From Nitrososphaerales archaeon (GTDB lineage Archaea; Thermoproteota; Nitrososphaeria; Nitrososphaerales; Gagatemarchaeaceae): DNA of 64,000 bases. Shown here one piece after another: positions 36,676 to 44,959 of this stretch. Position 1 is the first letter of the stretch; every line of letters begins with the position of its first letter. The stretch spans positions 1,898-65,897 of the forward strand of contig DASPVF010000045.1 of NCBI GenBank assembly GCA_035622475.1, written 5' to 3'. Made by a program: the position numbers and the translations under genes. Below the pieces are notes generated by a model. The model searched no databases. It was not told where the DNA came from and was given only the letters and a program-made list of their open reading frames with translations.

Positions 36676-37461
36676 TCACCCTCCTCCGCGCTTTGGGCTT
36701 CCCCAGACATTTGTTCCGTACTGCCTCCCCAGATCCCACGCCAGAATCTCCGTCAGGGGCGGAGACTTGTAGCTCCCGATCTTACTGTGCGACCACCCAT
36801 AGCCATCCCTTAACGTCACGAGGTATTCCGCATACTTCAGGGGCGTGATGACGGGGTCGAGCACCGGCACGCCCAGCTTCTTCTGTAGCAGGTTCCAGAA
36901 ACCGAACTCGACCGTACACCCCAGTATGAGGACCTCGGCCCCGTCGATCCCGACCGCCTTCCTTCCTTCTTCGATCTGAGCCCTGCTCGTCTTGGATGGG
37001 TCTCTTTGGAAGTCGAGGACACCCATGTTGATTACCCTGAACGACGCAAGCCTGTCCTTCAGGCCGTACTTCGCGACGGTGTCTGTCATCTGGGGAATCC
37101 ACTTTCTTCGGCCCACGATGACTGAGAACTTGTAGCCGAGGCTGCAGGCCAGGAGCATGGCCGACTCGGCCGGGGCGGTGATGACCGTCCGCTCCGAGAT
37201 TTCACGGGCTTCCTGGAGGCCCAGGTCGTAGAAGCAGCCAATCACTACCGCATCGTAGCCTTCGTCTTCAGCCTTCTTGACTTCGTGCAGCACGTCGGCG
37301 AGGACCAGCGACTCATAGTAGTGGTACTCGACATGCCAGGGTCCCCTCTGCAACGACACCAGATCCACATTCGTCCCCTTCGCCGCCGCTCCCCTCAGTT
37401 CGCGAAGCATGGGAGCGTCATTCACTTTGGTGCCGACTGGATTGATGTAGAGAATTCTCAC
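36676..37461 (-). CDS. Asp/Glu/hydantoin racemase family protein
   Basis: MRILYINPVG..., GYDAVVIGCFYDLGL and VLILGCTVEFGF give the two Cys-containing motifs typical of hydantoin-racemase-like proteins. GTG start. Confidence 0.8.
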   Translation of the reverse strand: MRILYINPVGTKVNDAPMLRELRGAAAKGTNVDLVSLQRGPWHVEYHYYESLVLADVLHEVKKAEDEGYDAVVIGCFYDLGLQEAREISERTVITAPAESAMLLACSLGYKFSVIVGRRKWIPQMTDTVAKYGLKDRLASFRVINMGVLDFQRDPSKTSRAQIEEGRKAVGIDGAEVLILGCTVEFGFWNLLQKKLGVPVLDPVITPLKYAEYLVTLRDGYGWSHSKIGSYKSPPLTEILAWDLGRQYGTNVWGSPKRGGG

Positions 37462-37537
37462 AGGCGATTCGTGTGGAAGACTGGATTTAAGGCTGCCAGA
37501 GTAGATAGGACCCTGTGGAGTCAGTTCCTTTCTACGT

Positions 37538-38359
37538 TCATCTATGTTGGACTATGTCCCAATTCGACCTAGTTATGATCGAGTTGAGAGCCTCGACCTT
37601 CGAGTTGACAATATCGAGGTTAGAATTGAGTTCTTGCAGACTCTTGTTAGCCCTCTCGAATCGTTTCTTCACATGGTAAAGGTATCCTCTGCCTGAGCAT
37701 GTCTTGCAGACAGTTTTCTCGGTTTCGATGACTTTGTCGGGGACGAATACCATCTTCTCTCCTTCGTCCTCTTCCGTTCCTGCCTCCCACCGGGCGGCCT
37801 CGTATCGTGTCTTTGCCCATTCTCCGACTCCTTTGCACTCCGGGCACGTGAATTTCGTGTCGTTTGAAGGGACTTCCAGGAGTTCGAAACTAGTCGCGGG
37901 GGGGACCAATTGATATTGTGTAGGGCTCCTGCGAGTCGCCAGCCTCCAAGAAGCGATGCTGACGGCCACAAACACAAAGAGAAGAGCGAACGCGGCCAGG
38001 GCTGCTTGGGGAGCGCCGAGAGAATCGATCAGCCAGCCTGAGATCGGGTTTGGGATAGAGACAACGTAGGCGTCGGCCAGCGACAGGAAGATGGAGACGT
38101 AGCAGATGTACCTCCAAGCGATATCGGGGAAAAGTGGAGGGCGGTGTTGCTGTATCATCTTACGGAACACCCGTTCTGGGGTTTCCTTCAACAGGAGTTC
38201 GTAAAGCCTGACGTCAAACGGCCGCGTTCCAACCGCGTATTCCAACTCGGTCTCTGTCAATGACCTGGTCGGACCCAGGGCTGCCTTCACGATCGAGAAG
38301 CTCTGAATCGGGTGATATTGACCTTGCGAGCGGATAGCATGGAATTGCAATCTATACAC
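37538..38359 (-). CDS. membrane protein with two DnaJ-type CxxCxGxG zinc-finger motifs
   Basis: Two central TM helices, then CPECKGVG and CKTCSGRG about 40 aa apart, then a C-terminal coiled-coil-like tail. Confidence 0.5.
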   Translation of the reverse strand: MYRLQFHAIRSQGQYHPIQSFSIVKAALGPTRSLTETELEYAVGTRPFDVRLYELLLKETPERVFRKMIQQHRPPLFPDIAWRYICYVSIFLSLADAYVVSIPNPISGWLIDSLGAPQAALAAFALLFVFVAVSIASWRLATRRSPTQYQLVPPATSFELLEVPSNDTKFTCPECKGVGEWAKTRYEAARWEAGTEEDEGEKMVFVPDKVIETEKTVCKTCSGRGYLYHVKKRFERANKSLQELNSNLDIVNSKVEALNSIITRSNWDIVQHR

Positions 38360-38445
38360 AGTACATAGGTTGCACTTGAGAACGTGAGACAGGAGAAGGG
38401 ACGAAATTACGAACCTGCACTTCCTGGTGATGCAGGCTAGGTCAG

Positions 38446-39390
38446 ATGAAGAGAAAGTGCCTTACAAGTCAGAACAGGTTCTTCATTCGAGTGTTAAAGA
38501 GCGTCATTTCATCAGCTCTCGACGTGCGTACCACTCAGACGCCCCTGATTCATCTAGACAAGATTAGCCGAAGGTTGAACAATTCAGTCTTCGCCAAGTT
38601 GGAAAGCTACAACCCCACTGGTTCCCACAAAGACAGAGAGAGCCAGGAGATGATCAAGGACATTTTGGCTCGAAAGTCGAGCAGGGCGGTGATTGCGAGC
38701 ACTGGGAACGCTGCCATCTCGCTTTCCGCGCTGGCCCCCTGCGAGGGGATAGAGGTCGACGTATTCCTTTCTAAGAAAATAGAGAAGGAGAGGCTTCGGC
38801 TCATCTCAGCATTTTCTCCGAGAATCCATCTGGTGCCTGGAGGATACGACAAAGCATACCGGGAAAGCGAGGGATTTGCAGAGAAAGAAGGAATCTACAA
38901 TGCGAATCCCGGTCGGAACAGATTCAAGATTATCGGCGATTCTGGAATCGGAAGGGAGATTGTAGAGCAATTGGGGACAAGATTTCCAGATTACATCCTC
39001 GTCCCGAGCAACAACGGGACACTAATCGCAGGTGTTTGGCTGGGGAGCAAACATGCCAAACCGAGGATGATTGCGGCCGTGGCACCGAATAGCAGGCTGA
39101 TGTCGAGTATAGCTGGATATCACAGGCTTGACGGACAGGAATTGGAAAGAACAGTGTCCGAGAGCGGAGGGCAGGTCGTTCCTGTGACGGACTCGCAGGC
39201 TGCCTCGGCGCTTGAGGATCTGAGGTTTGAGGGCGTCTTCTGTGAGCCGGCCTCGGCTGCTTCCCTCGCTGCGTTGAAGAAGGTTGGAATCAGAGGGAAG
39301 ACCGTTGTGTTGGTTATAACCGGAACTGCGTTCAAGTTCGTAGAGTCCTATGCAGGCGCCACTCAGAAAGCCGCATTGAAGAAGACCTAG
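38446..39390 (+). CDS. PLP-dependent enzyme of the Trp-synthase beta superfamily (threonine synthase-like)
   Basis: KLESYNPTGSHKDR contains the PLP-lysine motif (compare NPTGSFKDR). 314 aa. Confidence 0.8.
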   Translation: MKRKCLTSQNRFFIRVLKSVISSALDVRTTQTPLIHLDKISRRLNNSVFAKLESYNPTGSHKDRESQEMIKDILARKSSRAVIASTGNAAISLSALAPCEGIEVDVFLSKKIEKERLRLISAFSPRIHLVPGGYDKAYRESEGFAEKEGIYNANPGRNRFKIIGDSGIGREIVEQLGTRFPDYILVPSNNGTLIAGVWLGSKHAKPRMIAAVAPNSRLMSSIAGYHRLDGQELERTVSESGGQVVPVTDSQAASALEDLRFEGVFCEPASAASLAALKKVGIRGKTVVLVITGTAFKFVESYAGATQKAALKKT

Positions 39391-39396
39391 CCGGAC

Positions 39397-40188
39397 CTAC
39401 GTCCCGGCTTCCGCTTCGAACTTTTCGGCCATTTTTTCCACGTAGATGTAGTAGTCTGATCGGCTCAGCATACTCGCCGCCTCTTCGTCCAGTATCACGA
39501 ATACGTTGGGGTGCAACTGAAGCACACTGGCCGTGACTTGGGCGGAAACAGGTCCCTCAATGGCATCCCTCACCGCTCTGGCTTTGCCGCCGCCACTCGC
39601 CAGCATCAGCAACTTCTTCGCGCCGAGAATTGTGCCCACTCCCATGGTGACAGCGAAATGAGGGACGTCGCTTTCCTTGCCGAAGAACCGTGCGTTGTCC
39701 CTGATGGTTTCTTCCGTCAGTGTTTTCAGGCGCGTCCGTGATCCGAGAGACGAGCCAGGTTCATTGAAGCCTATATGGCCGTCTCTCCCAATACCAAGCA
39801 ACTGGATGTCGATGCCGCCCGCTTCCTTGATGCGTTCTTCGTAACTCTCGCAGAATGACCCGATGTCTGTCGCCATCCCGTCTGGAATCGATACGTTCTC
39901 TGGTTTTACGTTGATTTTTTCGAAGAGGTTCTTGAACATGAAACTGTGGTAGCTCTCGGGATGGTCAGGCCGAAGTCTGTAGTATTCGTCCAAGTTGAAA
40001 GTGCGAACGGCTGAAAAGTCGAGATTTCCCGTTTCGTGCATCCTGATCAGCTCCTGGTATACCCCCAGGGGCGTCGAACCCGTCGCCAGGCCAAGAACCG
40101 CTTGTGGTTTCGACCTTATCTCCTTGGCGATTATCTCAGCAGCCTTGCGGCTCATCGCCGAATAGTCTTTCTCGATGATCACACGCAA
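39397..40188 (-). CDS. nagB: glucosamine-6-phosphate deaminase
   Basis: (M)RVIIEKDY...AVLGLATGSTPLGVY...FNLDEY...GIGRDGHIGFNEPGS is the NagB signature. TTG 40188 gives the normal 263 aa. The longer ORF-track N-terminus is Arg/Ser-rich and not conserved-looking. Confidence 0.88.
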   Translation of the reverse strand: MRVIIEKDYSAMSRKAAEIIAKEIRSKPQAVLGLATGSTPLGVYQELIRMHETGNLDFSAVRTFNLDEYYRLRPDHPESYHSFMFKNLFEKINVKPENVSIPDGMATDIGSFCESYEERIKEAGGIDIQLLGIGRDGHIGFNEPGSSLGSRTRLKTLTEETIRDNARFFGKESDVPHFAVTMGVGTILGAKKLLMLASGGGKARAVRDAIEGPVSAQVTASVLQLHPNVFVILDEEAASMLSRSDYYIYVEKMAEKFEAEAGT

Positions 40189-40331
40189 CTTGAAAAACAA
40201 ATCCCATGTCTCGTTAATAAGGAATAGATGACGTTGAAGTAGCTGGCAGGCTCCGCAGGGGAGAACCAGAGTGGAGATACCCCTCGCCGGCGCAGAACGG
40301 TTTTTTAGTCGATGAGCAACTCGAATCGCTG

Positions 40332-41672
40332 TTGAGGACGAGGCTGAAGAGTTTCCTCGAGACAACGGAGATCGTAGAAGCTATCCCAGTGAAATCAATC
40401 GTGCCTTCACGGTTCCCTCTGCGGTTCGACCTTGGGGACATTTCATCCCTTGCTTCCTCGATAAGCAAGACCGGGTTGCTCGAACCAATAATCGTCCGCC
40501 CACTCGACACGAAGTTCGAGATTGTCGCGGGCCATCGGCGTTTCGAGGCCTGCAGGAAGAACCGGTTTCATGAGATACCCGCGATTGTGAAGGAGTTGAC
40601 GGACAAGGAAGCCTACGCAGTGTCGCTTGAGGAGAACATGCAAAGACAGACCCTGGACCCGTTGGAGGAGGCAGCCTCTTTCAGGTTCTACACCGAGAAG
40701 TATGGTTACGGAAGCACGAGTGAATTGGCACAGCGCATCGGCAAGAGCGAGGAGTTCGTGTCCCACAGGATAATGCTGCTTTCCCTTCCCGCGGATGTCA
40801 GAGAGCAAATCAGGAGACGTCTCCTAGGTCCCAGCGACGCCTGGGAAATCTCCAGAGTGAAGGTTCCTCAGCTACAGAAAGAGATAGCAAGAACGGCGAT
40901 ATCCAGCGGAACAACCGTCAGGGACATCAGAAGGGTGGCCAACCTCGTGAAGGCAGGGACGTCAGTGAACGACGCCTTTGAAATGACTGACTTCGAAAGG
41001 AGCCCGAGCGCCAGTTGGGGTCAGAAGCACCGGGACGCCGCGCGCCTGAAGTCCACCGCCGTCACCACCATGAGGGTGGCGCTCATCAGGTTGGACAATC
41101 TGATTGGTAGGTCTTCCCACGATTCTCCCGAGGCCATGAAGGAGCTGGTCGGTCTCCGCCTCGGCGTTCATGACCTCATCGGGCGCTTCCAGATGGAACG
41201 GGCCGGGGACTTATCGCCATCGGATGACGTCGAAGCTCTCGTTAAGGGCAGATTCCTGGCGTACTTTAACTCGGGCAGAATCAAAGAAATAGCGAGAATG
41301 CGGTCGAGGGACAAATTCACCATATTCGACGACTACCCTCTCCCCCTGATGAACCTGAAACAGTCGCTGAAGCACGATTCTGGCGTCTTGAAATCATCTC
41401 TGTCGAGGAATTGCCTGGTCGAGGACCTCAAAGTCCACATGTTTGGGAACGGAACGGGCGCCATCGCCACCTTCCTCTTTCTGCAGAAACATACGAAGAG
41501 AGGCAGGGTATACAGTTGGCGGTCGAGAGTATCCTTCGTCTTTGAGAGGAGCAACGGAGAGTGGCGGATCGTTCACGAGCACTGGTCCGAAGCAAACCGT
41601 GCAAAAACCACCATACGGGGGATAAAGAAGGTAAACGAGGCAGGGCGCAGAATACGCCCAAGCGCATCATAG
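40332..41672 (+). CDS. ParB/Srx-fold N-terminal domain protein with HTH and a C-terminal NTF2-like (DUF4440/SnoaL-like) domain
   Basis: GLLEPIIVRP...FEIVAGHRRFEAC (a ParB box), HTH STSELAQRIGKSEEFVSHRIMLLSLP, and a C-terminus ending ERSNGEWRIVHEHWS. Confidence 0.7.
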   Translation: MRTRLKSFLETTEIVEAIPVKSIVPSRFPLRFDLGDISSLASSISKTGLLEPIIVRPLDTKFEIVAGHRRFEACRKNRFHEIPAIVKELTDKEAYAVSLEENMQRQTLDPLEEAASFRFYTEKYGYGSTSELAQRIGKSEEFVSHRIMLLSLPADVREQIRRRLLGPSDAWEISRVKVPQLQKEIARTAISSGTTVRDIRRVANLVKAGTSVNDAFEMTDFERSPSASWGQKHRDAARLKSTAVTTMRVALIRLDNLIGRSSHDSPEAMKELVGLRLGVHDLIGRFQMERAGDLSPSDDVEALVKGRFLAYFNSGRIKEIARMRSRDKFTIFDDYPLPLMNLKQSLKHDSGVLKSSLSRNCLVEDLKVHMFGNGTGAIATFLFLQKHTKRGRVYSWRSRVSFVFERSNGEWRIVHEHWSEANRAKTTIRGIKKVNEAGRRIRPSAS

Positions 41673-41718
41673 CAGGGAACTTCAGGCTCAAACGCTAATA
41701 TTCATCGGGGAGGTCTGT

Positions 41719-43089
41719 TTGATTGAAATGGCTCGGGCTAGCGCGGCTGAGAAGTTGGTGGGCGACTACGTCGAATACGCGGAGGGGCTGGATACCAGGA
41801 AGTCTTGCAGCCTCTTCAACAGAGCGGTCAAGGTGATGCCAGGGGGGGCCAGTTCGCATGGGCAGTGCTACCCGATCTTCAACCCCTATCCTCTCGGGTT
41901 TGAAAGAGGGAAGGGGAGCAGAATCTGGGACCTGGATGGGAACGAGTATCTCGACTTCGTCCTGGCCATGGGTCCTCTCATTCACGGCCACGCCCATCCG
42001 AAACTAATCGCGGCTGTCCGAGAGCAGCTCGAGAAGGGCACCATGTTCGCAGTCCTGCACGACAAAGAGGTCGACCTCGCCGAGAAGGTCTGCAGGATGA
42101 CGGGAATGGACATGGTCAGGTTCTCCAACAGTGGGGCCGAAGCGACCCAGACGGCGATCAGATTAGCGAGGGGGCACACTGGCAAGAACAAAATCATAAA
42201 GTTTGAGGGGTCATACCATGGAGGCCACGACTATGTCCTTCTCGGCGGCGGGACGGTGCCCAACGCCGGACCTCCGACTGCTATGTTCAGGAATCCGGCA
42301 TCTTGGGGGATCCCGGAGGACAGTCTGAAGAACACCCTCCTGGTGAAGTGGAATGACGCCGAATCTCTCCGCAAGGTCGTGAAACGGCACAGCGACGACC
42401 TGGCTGGGATCATCTCCGAACCTGTGCTGATGAACATCGGGACCGTACCGCCCGAAGAGGGGTTCCTCGAACTCATAAGAGAGCTGTGCGACAAGAACGA
42501 CGCTCTCTTCATTCTGGACGAGGTGATAACAGGCTTCAGACTGGCGAAGGGAGGGGCTCAAGAATATTTCGGCATAAAGGCGGACATCACCACCTATGCC
42601 AAAGCCCTGGGCGCCGGTTTCCCAATTTCGGCCATCGCGGGGAGAAGGAACATAATGGAAGATCTAGTGCCCGGGAAGGTCTTCCACGCGGGCACCTACA
42701 ACGCGAACCCTCTGGCGGTGGTTGCAGCCCTCGCGTCATTGACAGAACTCGAAAGGCCGGGGACCTATGATAATCTGAAGAAGGTCGGACTCAGGCTTCA
42801 AGCGGGCCTCGAGAAGGCGGTCGAAAAGACAAAGACGACCGCCCTAGTCCAGGGAATCGGGCCCGGAGGGAGTCAGCTGTACTTCACTAACCTGAAGAAG
42901 ATAAGCAACTACGACGACTTCCTGAAGACCGACGGGGCCAAGTACATGAGGATGCACAAGATCCTGATGGGGAAGGGTCTGTATTTCCACCCCCAGCAGA
43001 ACGAGCACCTGTTCGTCAGCACCCGCCACACAACCGAGGACGCAGATGAGGCTGTCACCAAAGTTGAAGAGGCCCTAAGAGAACTCTAG
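41719..43089 (+). CDS. class III aminotransferase (glutamate-1-semialdehyde 2,1-aminomutase-like)
   Basis: MPGGASS, FSNSGAEATQTAIRLAR, FEGSYHG, ILDEVITGFR and TYAKALGAGFP (PLP Lys). Confidence 0.88.
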   Translation: MIEMARASAAEKLVGDYVEYAEGLDTRKSCSLFNRAVKVMPGGASSHGQCYPIFNPYPLGFERGKGSRIWDLDGNEYLDFVLAMGPLIHGHAHPKLIAAVREQLEKGTMFAVLHDKEVDLAEKVCRMTGMDMVRFSNSGAEATQTAIRLARGHTGKNKIIKFEGSYHGGHDYVLLGGGTVPNAGPPTAMFRNPASWGIPEDSLKNTLLVKWNDAESLRKVVKRHSDDLAGIISEPVLMNIGTVPPEEGFLELIRELCDKNDALFILDEVITGFRLAKGGAQEYFGIKADITTYAKALGAGFPISAIAGRRNIMEDLVPGKVFHAGTYNANPLAVVAALASLTELERPGTYDNLKKVGLRLQAGLEKAVEKTKTTALVQGIGPGGSQLYFTNLKKISNYDDFLKTDGAKYMRMHKILMGKGLYFHPQQNEHLFVSTRHTTEDADEAVTKVEEALREL

Positions 43090-43141
43090 GCGTCCCAGGA
43101 CTGCCGAGGATCTGCAGTCTGATGGTGCTGAGAACGTAAGG

Positions 43142-44959
43142 TCAGAAATAATCAGGCTTGATGAACAGCCAGTCTACCGAAGGTGAGAGAACCCAGTCCG
43201 AGTACTCGAATTTCTGCAGGTCATGACCCACCCATCCTCTGAACAGAGACCTCTGTTCAGCGTTGACACTTTGCTGTGGCTGTATCTTGTACCGGACGAC
43301 CGGTCTGCGCCCCAGTCTTACCCTCACCTCCTCCAGGCGGCCGGCACGGCCTACTGTGAATGTCAAAGTGCGACCCGGCTTGGAGTTCTCAACGTAGAAG
43401 CGCAGATTCTCCTTGAACTTGATCTTGTCGAATCTGATTCCGTCGACGCCTATGAGCTCATCACCTGGAAAGATTCCGGCTTCCGCAGCAGGGGTGTCGG
43501 ACAGGACCGAGTCCACGAAAGGCTCCTGTTTGGTGTCAACGAATTTGAGACCTGCATACGCGCCCTTTCCTTCAGCGCCTGACCAGGGGACCAGAGTCAG
43601 CCCCGCATATCCCAGGTAGTGGTCGAACTTGATGTCAGTTGCGCCGCGCACATGGGTCTCGAACAGCCCGTCCAAGTTCTCGCCAGCCACGGAATCGCAT
43701 GCTTCCTTGAACTCCTGGTCAGTGTAACCCGACCCCTTCCCTCCGGTATCGCTGAAGATTTTTTTCATGACGTCGTCGAGGCTCTTTTCACCCCTCGTCG
43801 CCCTCCTGATACTGAGGTCGATCGTCATCCCAAGCAGCGCACCCAGGGTGTAGTACGATATCTCGGCGTTCACGCTGTTCTCGTATGGTCTGTAGAATTT
43901 GATCCATGAATCGTAGCTTGATTCCTCTGCGCTCTGAAGTCGCCTTCCCGGGGTCGCGAGGTACCTGTTTATCAGGTCCGCGATGTTGTCGAGAAATTCA
44001 GGCACCGAATAGATCTTCGCCCTTCTCAGGAGGAGGTGCTCGTAGTAGGTTGTTATGCCCTCGGCGATCCAGAGCGAGTTCGTGTACTGCTCCCTTTCGT
44101 AGTCGAGATGGGCGAGGGGAGCAGGAGTGACCCTCTTGACGTTCCACAGATGGAAGAACTCGTGACAGAAGAGGCCGTCCATCCGTTTGATACCATGCTC
44201 TGTGGTGAACGCCAGCCGTGGAACTAGGCAGTAGGTGGAGCACCGGTGCTCCATTCCGTCGTCACCCACGTCTCCGTCGACTTCTATGAGGAAGACATAC
44301 CTATCGTAGGGGAGCCCGCCAAAGACACCGGAGGCCGCTGCTACTATCCTTCTGATGTCATGGACGACGCGTTCCTGGTCGATCTCTTCTCCGCCGCAGA
44401 TGGCGACTTCGTGGACCTTGCCTTCTTCGACGAAGCTGTGCCGCCGGAAGTTGCCGATCATGATCGGCGAATCGACGAGTTGGTCGTAATCTTGTGCGAC
44501 AAATGTTGGGAGGGCACCTTTCATCCTAGTAAGGCTGGTTGAGATGTTCTTGCAGTAGCCGGCTGGAGAGAGGCGGACTATAGTTCTCCTGGCTTCGTAC
44601 CCTTTTGGACAGAGGAGCAGGGTCACCGGACTGAGCAGTGCGTGGTCGGAGTCCAGATAGCTGACTGACGTGGTTCGCTCAAAGGAATACACGCAGTATC
44701 TGACCCTCAGAGGCTCTCCCCTTGCCTCGACCCGCCAGGCGTTCTTCCTGAGCTTACTTAGGCCAAGGCGGCCCCTTGCGTCTTCTGCTTCAATCGTGGT
44801 GATGTTTCGCTCGAATTCGGCTATGCGGTACGTCCCCGGGGCCCAAACCGGCATGACGAAATCCACGGGTCCGTCGGCTACATCTTCCAGCACGAGTGTC
44901 ACGTCGAATGTGTGGGTCTTCGCTCGTGCCATCGAGATCCGATATTCGACCGCGTTCAA
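43142..44959 (-). CDS. M61 family metallopeptidase (glycyl aminopeptidase-like) with a C-terminal PDZ domain
   Basis: HEFFHLWNVKR (HExxH), and the PDZ-like AEAGIFPGDELIGVDGIRF. The N-terminus YRISMARAKTHTFDVTL is typical. TTG 44959 overlaps the TGA of the upstream ATPase gene. Confidence 0.85.
   Translation of the reverse strand: MNAVEYRISMARAKTHTFDVTLVLEDVADGPVDFVMPVWAPGTYRIAEFERNITTIEAEDARGRLGLSKLRKNAWRVEARGEPLRVRYCVYSFERTTSVSYLDSDHALLSPVTLLLCPKGYEARRTIVRLSPAGYCKNISTSLTRMKGALPTFVAQDYDQLVDSPIMIGNFRRHSFVEEGKVHEVAICGGEEIDQERVVHDIRRIVAAASGVFGGLPYDRYVFLIEVDGDVGDDGMEHRCSTYCLVPRLAFTTEHGIKRMDGLFCHEFFHLWNVKRVTPAPLAHLDYEREQYTNSLWIAEGITTYYEHLLLRRAKIYSVPEFLDNIADLINRYLATPGRRLQSAEESSYDSWIKFYRPYENSVNAEISYYTLGALLGMTIDLSIRRATRGEKSLDDVMKKIFSDTGGKGSGYTDQEFKEACDSVAGENLDGLFETHVRGATDIKFDHYLGYAGLTLVPWSGAEGKGAYAGLKFVDTKQEPFVDSVLSDTPAAEAGIFPGDELIGVDGIRFDKIKFKENLRFYVENSKPGRTLTFTVGRAGRLEEVRVRLGRRPVVRYKIQPQQSVNAEQRSLFRGWVGHDLQKFEYSDWVLSPSVDWLFIKPDYF

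Noticed and set aside
40189-40365. N-terminal 59-codon extension of the nagB ORF
   Set aside because: The sequence (MSRGNSSASSST...CGACQLLQRH) does not resemble NagB. It overlaps the divergent ParB-like gene start. TTG 40188 yields the canonical MRVIIEKDY N-terminus and length.
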